A DNA stretch of 64,000 nucleotides from Candidatus Krumholzibacteriia bacterium (GTDB lineage: Bacteria; Krumholzibacteriota; Krumholzibacteriia; WVZY01), in contig JBHHVD010000004.1 in assembly GCA_046754105.1 (NCBI GenBank), positions 1,319-65,318 on the forward strand. The letters are read 5' to 3'. The notes under the pieces were generated by a model that saw nothing but the letters and a program-made list of their open reading frames with translations, was not told where the DNA came from and did not search any database. The translations under genes and the position numbers were made by a program. This document shows positions 40,696-51,301 of the stretch, piece by piece (within the stretch, counting starts at the first letter, position 1; each line of letters opens with the position of its first letter).

Positions 40696-42008
40696 TACTC
40701 GTCCGCCACCTCCTTGAGCTCGCTTATCGCCACGATCGGCAGAAACCTCGTGAAGAGCAGGAACAGCGTCAGGAAGAATCCGAAGCTCCCGACTGTGATT
40801 CCCACCTCGACCAGCGACGGCTTGTACAGACCCCAGGCGTAGGGGTCGAACTCATGGGAAAGCGAGGAGACAATAATGACGAATCGTTCGAGCCACATCC
40901 CGATATTGACGAATATGGAGACGACGTACAGGAATGGAATACTGCGACGCCATTTGCGCACGAACAGCGTCAGCGGAATAACCATGTTACACAGCACCAT
41001 CATATAGTAGAGAAACTTATAGTCGCCGAACGCCCTGTAGAGAAACGCCCCCTCCTCGTAGACATTGCCGCTGTAGATTGCCAGGCCGAACTCGACGATG
41101 TACGAGTACCCGACGAGCAACGACGTGAATAACATGATCTTGGCCAGGCTCTCCAGGTTATCGATGCTGATGTGGCGATCCAACCGGAATATCTTGCGCA
41201 TGGGCACCACGAGCGTGATGACCATCGCCGTTCCGGAGAAAATAGCTCCGGCCACGAAATACGGCGCGAAGATGGTCGTGTGCCATCCGGGAACGACGCT
41301 CATCGCGAAATCCCACGATACGACCGAGTGAACCGAGACCACGAGTGGCGTGGCGAAGGCGGCGAGAAACATGTAGAGCTTGCTGTAGTGTTTCCACTGC
41401 CGGAAGGTCCCCTGCCAGCCCAACGAAAGAACGCTGTAGACCGCCTTCTTCAAACCACCGTGAAAACGCTTGGCGATCCCGAAATCGGGGATCATCCCGA
41501 CGTAGAAGAACACCGCGCTGACCGTGAAGTACGTACTGACCGCAAATACGTCCCACATCAGCGGCGACCTGAAATTGACCCACAGCAGACGCTCGTTGGG
41601 ATACGGCAGCAGCCAGAAGAAGAACCACGCGCGACCGAGGTGAATCAGCGGGAACAGTCCCGCCGTCATGACGGCGAAGACGGTCATGGCTTCCGCGGCC
41701 CGGTTGAAGCTGCTCCGGAAGCGCGCGCGGAAGAGGTAGAGAACGGCCGATATCAGCGTACCGGAGTGTGCTATCCCGACCCAGAAGACAAAGTTCGTTA
41801 TGTAAACGCCCCAACCGACCGGGTTATTGAGACCGGACACCCCCATACCCTTCAACATCTGGTAGAGCCATAAACCCATCCCCAGCCCGAAGCACGCGGC
41901 GGTGAAGAGGAGCGCACCCCAGTAACGAAGCCCCGGTTTCTTCATCGCTTCGATGACGTCGCGTTCGACGGCCTCGTGATAGCTCATTTTTTCGGCTTCC
42001 CTATGCAT
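40695..42008 (-). CDS. actC: Alternative complex III subunit ActC (NrfD/PsrC-type quinol-interacting membrane subunit)
   Basis: Polytopic NrfD family (WLYQMLKGMGVSGLNNPVGWGVYITNFVFWVGIAHSGTLISAVL). The start is uncertain between 41987 and 42074. Confidence 0.8.
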   Translation of the reverse strand: MHREAEKMSYHEAVERDVIEAMKKPGLRYWGALLFTAACFGLGMGLWLYQMLKGMGVSGLNNPVGWGVYITNFVFWVGIAHSGTLISAVLYLFRARFRSSFNRAAEAMTVFAVMTAGLFPLIHLGRAWFFFWLLPYPNERLLWVNFRSPLMWDVFAVSTYFTVSAVFFYVGMIPDFGIAKRFHGGLKKAVYSVLSLGWQGTFRQWKHYSKLYMFLAAFATPLVVSVHSVVSWDFAMSVVPGWHTTIFAPYFVAGAIFSGTAMVITLVVPMRKIFRLDRHISIDNLESLAKIMLFTSLLVGYSYIVEFGLAIYSGNVYEEGAFLYRAFGDYKFLYYMMVLCNMVIPLTLFVRKWRRSIPFLYVVSIFVNIGMWLERFVIIVSSLSHEFDPYAWGLYKPSLVEVGITVGSFGFFLTLFLLFTRFLPIVAISELKEVADE

Positions 42009-44856
42009 GGTCGCCGTCCCAGTTGCGCCGCAGGTAGTACACCCCGGGGCCGGTTCCCAAGGACTCGAAAACACGATAGGCGCGTTTCGACTGCGCCCAC
42101 TGATGGACCCGCGACCCCTCGTCCTTCAAGCTGCCAAAAACGACTGCCTGGGTCGGGCAGGTCTGTGCGCACGCCGTCGTGACCTCGCCGTCGCTGATCG
42201 TGGATTTTCTGTCCTTGGCCGCGTCGCGGGCGGACCGCACTCGCTGCACACAGAACGTGCACTTTTCCATGACTCCCCGCCCACGCACCGATACCTCGGG
42301 GTTTCGCGTCAGGTTGAGGGGCGCGGGCCGATCGTACCAGTTGAAACGCCTTACCTTGTAAGGACAGTTGTTGGCACAGTACCGGGTACCGACGCAACGG
42401 TTGTACACCTGGGCGTTGATTCCTTCGGGATTGTGATACGTCGCGTACACCGGGCATACGGACTCACACGGGGCGTTCGTACATTGCTGGCACATCATCG
42501 GCTGGAACTCCACGTGCTCGTGGCCGTCGTTGTAGGGCTCAATGCGCAGCCACGACATTTCCCTGCCGAGCAGATGCTGTTCCCGGCCCACAACCGGTAC
42601 GTTGTTCTCGACGTAACACGCGGACGCGCACGCGCCGCACCCCACGCAGAGATCGAGATCGATCGCCATTCCCCAGCGGTACTCGGGATACTCGTTCTCC
42701 GGGTACAGCGTGGCCGACGTATCGTGGTGGTGCTCCTCCCCTTCGCGGGAACGCACGGGGATGACCCCCCTTCCCTCCTGCGACTGGGAGCCCGACAACA
42801 CGGCCACGGCCAGCGAGCGGCCGGTCTTTCGTATCGTCGCCCCTTCGAAGGCCGTGACGATACCGCCCGTTCTCGGGTCCACGGTCACCGGCACCGGTCT
42901 AACGCTGCCGAACTGTATTGTCATAACACCCCGTGGAAGGCCCTGCTGGATCTTAACGGGCAGGTCCGCCTCCCATTCCGGCAGCGCGACCTTTACCTCG
43001 TCTTTTTCCCGCAAACCCATCGACGAGGCGTCGGCCTCGGAAACGGAGATCCACGCGCCCCACGAAATCGTTGTCAACGGGTCCGGGATCTCGCTGAGCA
43101 GGGGCAGATCGCTGCTGCGGCCGTCGAAGGCTCGTATCGACGGCGTCACCACCAGCAGCGGCCATGCCACCGTATCCGTTATCTCGAGCGTGCGTAGCCG
43201 GCGGCCTGCGGCGGCGCGGTCGAGTGTGACCGTACGGGCGGGCGCCGGTCTGCTCAGGAATCCGTCCGTAATGAGTTTTTCGGTATCACGCTCTCCGTAT
43301 CTCGTGCGCCATTTTTTGAACAGGAACTGCTGGTAACTTGCCGCGGTCGTCGCCCCACGGCGTGCAAGCAGTTGCAGTAGAATGTCTCCGATGGTTCTCG
43401 TGTCGTGCACGGGTTCCACCGCGGGCTGGATAACGCTTACCAGGTCGCGTTTCGGCGTTGCGTCCCCCCACGATTCGAGCGTGTCCGAGAGCGGCAGGAC
43501 CACGTCACACTGCGCCGCGGTCGCGTTCATGAATTCGGCGAACGCGACGGTCAGGCCCGCCTTGTCAACGTGCTCGAGCCCCAGCGTTGCATGCCCTCCG
43601 GCCGACGCGTCGACGGCGGCCAGGAATAATACACCGATGCCACCTCTTTCCAGTCTCCCGGAAAGGCTCTGAAGATCCGCGGCGGTCCCGACGGTGCCGT
43701 AGTCCTCGGCGCGGTCGAAATCGACCGTCGTCCCGATCATCCCCGTCGCCCACTGCAACAACCCGGCCAGAAGCGCGGTCTCGAAACCCATGCCCTGCGT
43801 AGTCGAGACGCCGCCTGCGATCAACAACGGCTTGCGGGCGCCCAACAGCCGGGCGGCGATGCCGTCGAGTTGGTCCACCGTTAATCCGGTCTTCTCGGCA
43901 AACCCGCGATCCGTCAACTTGGGAAGCGACTCCACCACGTCTGCGATGTGCCGGTCACCCGCGACGTTCATCCTGGAGACTTTTCTCAACAAAAACGTCA
44001 GTAGATACGGCTCGCTGCCCGGTGTAATGCCGTATCGGTGTTCCGCCTGGAAACCGGTCAAGGAGGCATGCGCTTCGACGTGTGTCCACTTGAAATGCCC
44101 GTTTCTCTTCGCGCGGGCAAACTGAGCGGCGTTGGAAACGGGGCTGACGAAGGTCTCGAACAGGTCCGCGCCCAACGTCAGCAAAAAGTCGGCATCCTCG
44201 ATTCTGTAGAACGGCACCTCGTCCAGGCCGAAAAACGCCTCGTTCGCCTTGCGAATTGCTGCGTACGAGCACATCTCGAATTCGGGCAGGCGTTCCACGC
44301 CCGTACCGTCGCAAAAGTCCCCTATCAACCCGGACAGCGTCCCGCTCGTTCGTCCGGACAGAAACACGTGTTTGGTCGCCGGGCTCTTCCTCCCCTTGAA
44401 GCCAAACCCCGGTGAAGGCTTCAGCGCCGACAGGATAGTCTCGTATGCTTCGTCCCATGAAACCTCGATAAAGTTTCCGTCGGCGTCTTTGCGCATCGGG
44501 ACCTTCAGTCGGTCCGGATGATAGAGCCGCGAAATCGACGCCTGGCCCCTCATGCACAGCGCGCCGTCATTGACGGGGTGTGACGCAACCCCCTCGAGCT
44601 TGCCGGCGCGATAGTCCACAGTCTTCACCGACGCGCCGCACCCCGCCGGACATTCGGTACAGGTCGTGTTGGTATAGGTCGCCACCCCCGGGATCACGCC
44701 GTCATCCGGCGGCACCAGATACGGGATGATCTTCTCCGTCTGCCGCTCCAGGCCGCACGACGTCAGTGCGGAGGCACCTCCGGCCAGCCCCATCAACCTC
44801 ACGAAATCCCTTCTGTTCATGTCCTCTCCATTGGCTACATGTGGCAGATCAGGCAA
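42001..44856 (-). CDS. actB: Alternative complex III subunit ActB (fused molybdopterin-oxidoreductase-like and 4Fe-4S ferredoxin domains, Tat signal)
   Basis: 951 aa. Tat motif MNRRDFVRLMGLAGG. The N-terminal half has an MopB-like fold. The C-terminal half carries multiple CxxCxxCxxxC clusters (CVGCGACASACYVENN, CQQCTNAPCESVCP, CVGTRYCANNCPYKV). Confidence 0.85.
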   Translation of the reverse strand: MPDLPHVANGEDMNRRDFVRLMGLAGGASALTSCGLERQTEKIIPYLVPPDDGVIPGVATYTNTTCTECPAGCGASVKTVDYRAGKLEGVASHPVNDGALCMRGQASISRLYHPDRLKVPMRKDADGNFIEVSWDEAYETILSALKPSPGFGFKGRKSPATKHVFLSGRTSGTLSGLIGDFCDGTGVERLPEFEMCSYAAIRKANEAFFGLDEVPFYRIEDADFLLTLGADLFETFVSPVSNAAQFARAKRNGHFKWTHVEAHASLTGFQAEHRYGITPGSEPYLLTFLLRKVSRMNVAGDRHIADVVESLPKLTDRGFAEKTGLTVDQLDGIAARLLGARKPLLIAGGVSTTQGMGFETALLAGLLQWATGMIGTTVDFDRAEDYGTVGTAADLQSLSGRLERGGIGVLFLAAVDASAGGHATLGLEHVDKAGLTVAFAEFMNATAAQCDVVLPLSDTLESWGDATPKRDLVSVIQPAVEPVHDTRTIGDILLQLLARRGATTAASYQQFLFKKWRTRYGERDTEKLITDGFLSRPAPARTVTLDRAAAGRRLRTLEITDTVAWPLLVVTPSIRAFDGRSSDLPLLSEIPDPLTTISWGAWISVSEADASSMGLREKDEVKVALPEWEADLPVKIQQGLPRGVMTIQFGSVRPVPVTVDPRTGGIVTAFEGATIRKTGRSLAVAVLSGSQSQEGRGVIPVRSREGEEHHHDTSATLYPENEYPEYRWGMAIDLDLCVGCGACASACYVENNVPVVGREQHLLGREMSWLRIEPYNDGHEHVEFQPMMCQQCTNAPCESVCPVYATYHNPEGINAQVYNRCVGTRYCANNCPYKVRRFNWYDRPAPLNLTRNPEVSVRGRGVMEKCTFCVQRVRSARDAAKDRKSTISDGEVTTACAQTCPTQAVVFGSLKDEGSRVHQWAQSKRAYRVFESLGTGPGVYYLRRNWDGDHA

Positions 44857-45380
44857 TCGGTTGACGCGCCCTTGGCGTCATGGCACGAAACACACCAGCC
44901 CATCTCAAGTGAGCTCACCCGCCGGAGCTTATCCGCGTACTTCACCTCGCCGTGACAGTCGGCGCAATCGAGGTTCGCTTCCGCTTTCATGTGCCGCTTG
45001 TGGCTGAAATAAACGTGCTTCCGAATGCGTATGCGGTGCACGCGGTTCCACGGGATAGGCTCCCTGCGTTCCCAGTATCCCGCGAGCTTCTGTATCTCGG
45101 GACGGTCCGTTGCCACCTGCGCGTGGCACGACATGCATTTCTGCACGCTGGGGATGCCGGCGAACGTCGATTTCTCCACGTACTGGTGGCAGGACTCGCA
45201 CTTGAGCCCGACCTTGCCGACGTGGATCTTGTGGCTGAACGCAATCGGCTGTTCCGGCGCGCGCTTATTCCGGTACCAATCCGCGCCGAGCGCGAGATAA
45301 ACCACGGCGAAGAACGCAAAGAACCCGCCCGCTGATGATATTGCCAAGAACTTTTTCACGTTTCGTTTCCCGTTGGTCAT
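44835..45380 (-). CDS. actA: Alternative complex III pentaheme cytochrome c subunit ActA
   Basis: 181 aa with an N-terminal TM anchor and five CxxCH motifs (CESCH, CMSCH, CADCH, CVSCH, CLICH). Confidence 0.85.
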   Translation of the reverse strand: MTNGKRNVKKFLAISSAGGFFAFFAVVYLALGADWYRNKRAPEQPIAFSHKIHVGKVGLKCESCHQYVEKSTFAGIPSVQKCMSCHAQVATDRPEIQKLAGYWERREPIPWNRVHRIRIRKHVYFSHKRHMKAEANLDCADCHGEVKYADKLRRVSSLEMGWCVSCHDAKGASTDCLICHM

Positions 45381-45389
45381 CCAGCCCCG

Positions 45390-46709
45390 TCAATGCCCAC
45401 TTTCCGGGGACGCCCCGCTATCCGGCGCCTCTCCCAGCAGATACGCGGCGACGGACTTCACATCGACGAGCGGCAGCGCCGGCGCCGGCATGGGCGGGTA
45501 ATCCGGGTCTTTCTTGTCCGGTTTGCGAATGAACGCGATCAATTCGTCGACGCGTCCGGCGTATTTCGGCAGCACTGTCTCCAACGCCGGACCCACGAGG
45601 CGTTGATCCATCCTGTGACACGTGGTGCAGACGGTGTTGAAAACCTCCTCGCCCCTGGCGAGATCTACCTTTGCCGCCCCTGCGCGTTCGGCCTCACGCT
45701 CGAGCGCGATTCGCGCCGCGACTTCCTCCGCTTCCGCAACTCGCGCCGCGGCGTGCTCCGCCGTCGCGTTGACGAGGCTGAGCTGATCGCCCACCGCGAC
45801 CAGAACCAATACGCCCATAAAAAGGACAAACGCGTGAGCACCGAAGCGGGGACGTTCCGCCTGCAGGGTCCGGTAGAGATAGATGAATATAATGAACAGC
45901 AGGGCCATGGAAGCCGTGGCGAGCGCGTATATCGCCCCCGACAAGGCCACGATGGGTGTGGTAACGAGATAGAACAAGCCCACGACGGGAAGAAGAGCGA
46001 GGCACGGGATTGCCAGGCCGGCCGTGAAGTTCTTGACGAAACGCGTGTAGCGCGCATCCATCGCGGGCCTGCACCCCGGCCAGTGGAAAAAGAAAAACAG
46101 CGTGCCGCAGCAGGTCGCGCCCACCGAACCGACGACAAAATAGGCGTACTTCCAGATAACGTTGAACGACACCATCAACCGCCCGGGATCATGGGCGAGG
46201 TGCCACCGCTCCGGGTCGTTGAACCGCACAACGCTCGTCACCAGGATATAGATGCCCAACAGGAGCGCGAGGAGTCCCACCGAACCGATGCCGAAGTTGA
46301 GCGCCGAATTGCCGCCCTCTCGCCGTATTGTGCGTTTGTAGAAGAGGATTGCTACGAGCGCCGCGGCGATCAGCGCAGCTCCCACTGGCAGAAGGTCCAT
46401 CGAGTTGGCGATCGACTTGTAGAGCCACTGGCCGTAGATCAGCCACATGGGCACGAGGGGCAAAACGCCAAACACGAAAACCACGACGCGGCTCGGCATC
46501 ACCATGTCCATCAGGTCCCCCGCCAACCGCGCAAAATGCGGGTTGGGAACGTCCCGGTCGCGAGAGTTGAGAATGAGGGACAGGAGCGTGCTCCCGGTGA
46601 CCAGGCTCATGTAGGGAACGTGGATCACAAAGGTTAACACGAGCAGGTAGCGCAGCAGCTCGAAATAACTTTCTGAGGGCAGTATGCCGTACTGTTCAAA
46701 AAACGCCAT
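45390..46709 (-). CDS. Polytopic membrane protein with a C-terminal monoheme class I cytochrome c domain (unassigned family; candidate electron carrier or assembly factor linking ACIII and caa3 oxidase)
   Basis: 439 aa: about 8 predicted TM helices over ~300 aa, an Ala/Glu-rich linker, then ...EEVFNTVCTTCHRMDQRLVGPALETV... (a single CxxCH). It sits between ctaB and actA. Confidence 0.7.
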   Translation of the reverse strand: MAFFEQYGILPSESYFELLRYLLVLTFVIHVPYMSLVTGSTLLSLILNSRDRDVPNPHFARLAGDLMDMVMPSRVVVFVFGVLPLVPMWLIYGQWLYKSIANSMDLLPVGAALIAAALVAILFYKRTIRREGGNSALNFGIGSVGLLALLLGIYILVTSVVRFNDPERWHLAHDPGRLMVSFNVIWKYAYFVVGSVGATCCGTLFFFFHWPGCRPAMDARYTRFVKNFTAGLAIPCLALLPVVGLFYLVTTPIVALSGAIYALATASMALLFIIFIYLYRTLQAERPRFGAHAFVLFMGVLVLVAVGDQLSLVNATAEHAAARVAEAEEVAARIALEREAERAGAAKVDLARGEEVFNTVCTTCHRMDQRLVGPALETVLPKYAGRVDELIAFIRKPDKKDPDYPPMPAPALPLVDVKSVAAYLLGEAPDSGASPESGH

Positions 46710-46733
46710 CGTATCTTTTCTGTATCCGCGTTG

Positions 46734-47612
46734 TTAGCCGACTATGCCGTTCGCGGCCAGCAGCGAGATTACCCAACACACGTATAGATTGATTTGCCTG
46801 AAGGCGAGACGAAAACTGATCGCGCTCGCCGGTCGACGGAGGATCTTCGCCGTCCGCACGACCAGCCATAAACCAGCTCCCAGCAGCCCGATGTTTACCC
46901 ATGCGTGCAAAATGATACCGAACAACGGAATGACGAGACACGTCACCGCCGTCGCGAAGATCCACATAAACGTAATCCTGGCCAGTTGGTCGAGGCCGAA
47001 TATCCGGGTCAGCGAGGGCATTCCCGCCCGCTCGTAGTCCTTGCCCGCCGTAAAGAGCAGCAGCAGCCAGAAGTGCGGCACCTGCCAAACGAAAAAAAAG
47101 AACGCGACCGCGAGAATCCGTGGGTCGAGTACCGCGCCGCCGCCCGCTGTCCAGCCGATCACCGGCGGTATGGCGCCGACGATGCCCCCGGGCACGGCGG
47201 CAAAAGCCGTTACGCGCTTGAGCGGCGTGTACACGGCGTTGTACCAGAAAATCGCCGCCAGCCCCAGCAGCGCGGCCGTCGCGTTGCCCGCAGCCAGGAT
47301 CAATGCGCACCCCACGCAAACCGAGACCACCGCCACGACCCAGGCATAACGCCGCGTCACCCTGCCCGCAGGCAGGGGCCGTCCCCGCGTGCGCTGCATC
47401 CTGGAGTCGACCGACTGGTCCTGGAGATGGTTTACGGTCGCCGAGCCGCAGGCGAGCAGGAAGACACCCGCCACCAGAAAAATCAGGCTGACCGACACGT
47501 TGCCGTACGCGAGGATGTAGCCGGTGATCATCGAGATGGTCGCGAGCATGGAGATACGGACCTTCCCCAGCTCCAGAAACAGATCCATGTGCTTCTTCAT
47601 CTGTCGCTTCAT
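46734..47612 (-). CDS. ctaB: Protoheme IX farnesyltransferase (heme O synthase)
   Basis: UbiA-family polytopic protein (YILAYGNVS..., FFFFVWQVPHFWLL). Adjacent to the oxidase genes. Confidence 0.85.
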   Translation of the reverse strand: MKRQMKKHMDLFLELGKVRISMLATISMITGYILAYGNVSVSLIFLVAGVFLLACGSATVNHLQDQSVDSRMQRTRGRPLPAGRVTRRYAWVVAVVSVCVGCALILAAGNATAALLGLAAIFWYNAVYTPLKRVTAFAAVPGGIVGAIPPVIGWTAGGGAVLDPRILAVAFFFFVWQVPHFWLLLLFTAGKDYERAGMPSLTRIFGLDQLARITFMWIFATAVTCLVIPLFGIILHAWVNIGLLGAGLWLVVRTAKILRRPASAISFRLAFRQINLYVCWVISLLAANGIVG

Positions 47613-48562
47613 TTCAGTGTCTTCAAGTATTCGACGAGCGCCGTGACCTCGTCGTCCGAGAGTAGCCCCCGCATCGGCGGCATCAGCGGCTGAAACCCGT
47701 CCACGATGTCCGCCGTCGGATCGAGAATCGACCTTCGCAAGTACTCCTCGTCCACGACCACCTTCCTCGCGTCGCCGTCGGTGATAACGGTCTCCGTCTT
47801 TCCGAAGAGTCCCTTGTAGGTCGGTCCGACCAGCGGGCTGCCGTCGGTGCTATGGCACGCGATACATCCCTTGGTGCCGCTCAAGCGCTCGCCGATCTGA
47901 CGCAGCCGGGCGACACGTTCCTCACCGCTTACGTCTTCATCGACCGCCACCGGCGGCGCGACATCCTTCTCCACCCAAACCCCGAACTCGCTCTCCGGCA
48001 CCACGACGACCTTCGAGAGCATATACGAATGTCTTTCCCCGCAGTACTCCGCACAGAAAATATCGTAGGTTCCCGTATCCGGCGCACTGAACCAGACGAA
48101 GTTTTCCATGCCGGGAACCACGTCCTGCTTGATCATGAAAGCGGGCACGTAAAAGCTGTGCAGGACGTCCCTCGATTCGAGATTTACCTTAACGGGTTTC
48201 TCCACGGGAACGTACAGTTCCGGACTGCGCTTGCCGTTCCCGTACTCGAACTGCCAGGACCACATTTGGGCTACGGCCGTTACTTCCATGGCCCCCTCGG
48301 GCGGCGTCCTCATGAGCCTGTAACCGATCCAGCCGTAATAGAACATGGCCAGCACGAGGATGGTCGGGATAACCGTCCAGGTAATTTCCAGCAGCGCGTG
48401 GCTCTCGACCTGCGCGGGAACGGGGTGCCGCTTCCTGTGGTACTTGATCACGAATACCACCATCAGGGCGGTAATCAGAACCAGCAGGGCCACGGAAATT
48501 ACCAGAATGAAGAGGAAGGTAAAATTAACTCCCTCAGTGATCTCCGAAAAAGCGGTCAGCAT
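47609..48562 (-). CDS. coxB: caa3-type cytochrome c oxidase subunit II with a fused C-terminal cytochrome c domain
   Basis: CuA motif H...CAEYCGERHSYM and C-terminal GCIACHS (CxxCH). Confidence 0.9.
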   Translation of the reverse strand: MLTAFSEITEGVNFTFLFILVISVALLVLITALMVVFVIKYHRKRHPVPAQVESHALLEITWTVIPTILVLAMFYYGWIGYRLMRTPPEGAMEVTAVAQMWSWQFEYGNGKRSPELYVPVEKPVKVNLESRDVLHSFYVPAFMIKQDVVPGMENFVWFSAPDTGTYDIFCAEYCGERHSYMLSKVVVVPESEFGVWVEKDVAPPVAVDEDVSGEERVARLRQIGERLSGTKGCIACHSTDGSPLVGPTYKGLFGKTETVITDGDARKVVVDEEYLRRSILDPTADIVDGFQPLMPPMRGLLSDDEVTALVEYLKTLK

Positions 48563-48568
48563 TGTTCC

Positions 48569-48895
48569 TTATCTGAACAGGATGTCGAAAAAGGTCAGTC
48601 CGATGAAGATCGCCAGCGTCATCAGAACTACGTAAAACATTATCGTGAACAACGGCTTCTCGTACTTCAGATGCATGAAGAAAGCCAGTACCGCCGAGCC
48701 TTTTATCGTGGCGACCAGTAGCGCAGTCACTACACTGAGCTTGCCGAGGTGCATCCCCGCCACCGTGACCGTGATCGCTGTCAGGATCAGCAGGGCAAGC
48801 CAGGTTACTAGATAAACGCCGTAACCGGAGTCTTCGTGGTCCGCGTGTTTGTTGGCCATATCATCGTCCCTGGCGACGGCCCGGGGGGCCATCAC
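48569..48895 (-). CDS. ctaF: Cytochrome c oxidase subunit IV (prokaryotic caa3 CtaF-like)
   Basis: Small protein with three TM helices ([17 protein letters not shown]..., [38 protein letters not shown]). Lies between subunits III and II. The start may be the internal MANKH. Confidence 0.65.
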   Translation of the reverse strand: MMAPRAVARDDDMANKHADHEDSGYGVYLVTWLALLILTAITVTVAGMHLGKLSVVTALLVATIKGSAVLAFFMHLKYEKPLFTIMFYVVLMTLAIFIGLTFFDILFR

Positions 48896-49674
48896 GTGAT
48901 CAAATAGAACAGCGGGAAGAGAAAAATCCAGATTAGATCTACGAGATGCCAGTAAAGTCCCGAATTCTCCAGAGCGGCGAAGTCCTGCTTATGAATCCGC
49001 TTCAGGACCGGCCGATACTTGAAACGAATCTTGATCCCGCTCGCGGAATCGTCTATAGCCTCACCCGACCATAACCGCCCACCCTTCTCGTCCACGACCG
49101 CCAGCCTGGCGCCCTGGAGCTGCTGCAGGCTTCGCTCGTCGAATTCCACCGTCTCGTACGGCTTCTTGACGAGCTTGATGCCGACCACGAGCAGCACGAT
49201 GGCACCCACGAGGACGTGAAGCCCGTGCAGCCCGGTCATTGAGAAATACAGCCCGAAAAAGAGGATTTCGCCGTGGCTGTGCTGCAGGAGGACCTCGGAG
49301 TTGGGATAGATCCCGTGATCGAACTTCGCTCCCCACTCGAAGTACTTGTTGACCAGAAACCACAGGGCAAAGCCGATGGTCAATCCCAGGCAAACGAGCG
49401 ACAAGCCCTTGTTTCCCTTGTGAATTGCGGCGATCGATACGGCCATCGTGAGGCTGCTGGTCAACAGAATCAGTGTATTAATAGTTCCAACCAGCTTGTC
49501 GAGCTCGCCGGCCGCATGGTGGAAATCCGCCGGATGAACGGCACGGTACACCGAGTAGAGCAGGAACAGGCCTCCAAACAGCAGCAACTCCGTAAACAGG
49601 AAGAGCCACATCCCTATCTTCGCACCTGTGTAGTCGCGATGGTGGTGAACCGCTATGCCCGCAGTCGCGCTCAC
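48892..49674 (-). CDS. coxC: Cytochrome c oxidase subunit III with a ~55-aa insertion before the last helix
   Basis: 260 aa. The conserved terminus [18 protein letters not shown] is present. The segment [61 protein letters not shown] sits where short CoxIII proteins have a loop of about 20 aa. Confidence 0.8.
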   Translation of the reverse strand: MSATAGIAVHHHRDYTGAKIGMWLFLFTELLLFGGLFLLYSVYRAVHPADFHHAAGELDKLVGTINTLILLTSSLTMAVSIAAIHKGNKGLSLVCLGLTIGFALWFLVNKYFEWGAKFDHGIYPNSEVLLQHSHGEILFFGLYFSMTGLHGLHVLVGAIVLLVVGIKLVKKPYETVEFDERSLQQLQGARLAVVDEKGGRLWSGEAIDDSASGIKIRFKYRPVLKRIHKQDFAALENSGLYWHLVDLIWIFLFPLFYLIT

Positions 49675-51299
49675 TTGCCTACTACCTTTGCAAAATCGTA
49701 CGGCCCACTCTCAACGATGGGCGGCTCTTCGAAGTTCAACAGCGGAGGCGGCGACGGCACAGTCCATTCGAGTGTCGTCCCTCCCCAGGGGTCGCGGCCC
49801 GCCTTCTCGCCGCTGCGCAGCGACCGGATCAGGTTCGCGAACATGATGACGGCGCCCGCGACGAGGATCCAGGAACCGACGGTGCACAGGATGTGGAGGG
49901 GCTGGTACTCGGGCAGGTAATCATAGTACCGCCTCGGCATCCCCTGCCAGCCGAGGATCAGCATCGGAAAGTAAAGAGCATTGAATCCAACGAAAACCAT
50001 ACCCCAGGCGAGGTTGGCGGTTTTCTTGTGGTACATGCGCCCGAACATTTTGGGGAACCAGTGGTGCAGCGCGCCGAAAAACGCCATACCCATGCCGCCG
50101 AACATCGTGTAGTGAAAATGGCCGACGACAAAATATGTATCGTGGACGTGCACGTCCACGTTGAGGGCGCCGTTCATCAACCCCGTGAATCCGCCGATGG
50201 AAAAGAGGAAAACAAAGGACATGGCCCACAGAAGAGGCGTTTCGAGCACGATGGAACCCTTGTACAAGGTCGCCACCCAGTTGAATATCTTTATCGCGCT
50301 GGGAATTGCGACCAGAAACGTCAGCAACGAAAACACGACCCCCGCCGTGTAACTCTGCCCGCTGACGAACATGTGGTGACCCCACACCAGCGACCCGACC
50401 GACGCGATCGCGATGCTCGAATAGGCGATGAACTTGTAGCCGAAAATCGTCCGGCGCGCGTAGACCGGAATGATCTCTGAGATAACTCCCATTGCCGGGA
50501 GTACCATGACGTATACCGCGGGGTGCGAGTAGATCCAGAAGAGATGCTGAAAAAGGATCGGGTCGCCGCCTTTAGTGGGGTCGAACACCCCTACGCCGAA
50601 CGCTCTTTCCACGATTATCATCACCAGCGTGATACCTACGACGGGCGTCGCCAGGACCTGTATCCATCCGGTCGCATACAGCGACCAGGGGAACAGCGGC
50701 ATGCGAAACCACCCCATGCCGGTGGCGCGCATGCGATGAATCGTGGTTACGAAATTCAACCCGGTGAGCACCGACGAAAAGCCCAGGATGAACGCGGCGA
50801 ACGTCGCCAGGGATATACTCGTCCCCGAGCGGATACTGTAGGGGGCGTAGAAGGTCCAGCCCGTGTCCGGCGGGCCTCCCCTCGTGAACAATGATGACAG
50901 CGCCAGGAGCCCGCCGGTCATGAACAGCCACCACGACAGGAGGTTCAGCTTCGGAAATGCGACGTCCTCCGCTCCGATGTGGATCGGCAGGAAGAAGTTT
51001 CCCAGCGAGGCCGACAGCCCCGGGATGACGAAGAGGAAGATCATGATAACGCCGTGCAGGGTAAAGAAAGCGTTGTAGGTCTGGGGGTCGAGGAACTGCT
51101 TGCCCGGCGCGAGGAGCTCGAGGCGCATCAGGATGCCGAACGTCGCCCCAACGAGGAAGAAGAGGCTCATCGACATCGTGTAAAGAAGACCGATCCGCTT
51201 GTGATCGGTCGAGAATATCCAGTTGAAAATGCCGGCGTGCCGCCGAACCTGGTAGAAGTTGAGCGGCTCAGCCTCCTGCGCGATCGCGTGGTTTCCCAT
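49671..51299 (-). CDS. coxA: Cytochrome c oxidase subunit I
   Basis: Heme-copper oxidase subunit I with the conserved His ligands (...WFFGHPEVY-like region, HHMF...). The start was chosen at MGNHAIAQ (51299), just after the sco stop. Confidence 0.9.
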   Translation of the reverse strand: MGNHAIAQEAEPLNFYQVRRHAGIFNWIFSTDHKRIGLLYTMSMSLFFLVGATFGILMRLELLAPGKQFLDPQTYNAFFTLHGVIMIFLFVIPGLSASLGNFFLPIHIGAEDVAFPKLNLLSWWLFMTGGLLALSSLFTRGGPPDTGWTFYAPYSIRSGTSISLATFAAFILGFSSVLTGLNFVTTIHRMRATGMGWFRMPLFPWSLYATGWIQVLATPVVGITLVMIIVERAFGVGVFDPTKGGDPILFQHLFWIYSHPAVYVMVLPAMGVISEIIPVYARRTIFGYKFIAYSSIAIASVGSLVWGHHMFVSGQSYTAGVVFSLLTFLVAIPSAIKIFNWVATLYKGSIVLETPLLWAMSFVFLFSIGGFTGLMNGALNVDVHVHDTYFVVGHFHYTMFGGMGMAFFGALHHWFPKMFGRMYHKKTANLAWGMVFVGFNALYFPMLILGWQGMPRRYYDYLPEYQPLHILCTVGSWILVAGAVIMFANLIRSLRSGEKAGRDPWGGTTLEWTVPSPPPLLNFEEPPIVESGPYDFAKVVGK

Positions 51300-51301
51300 C
51301 T

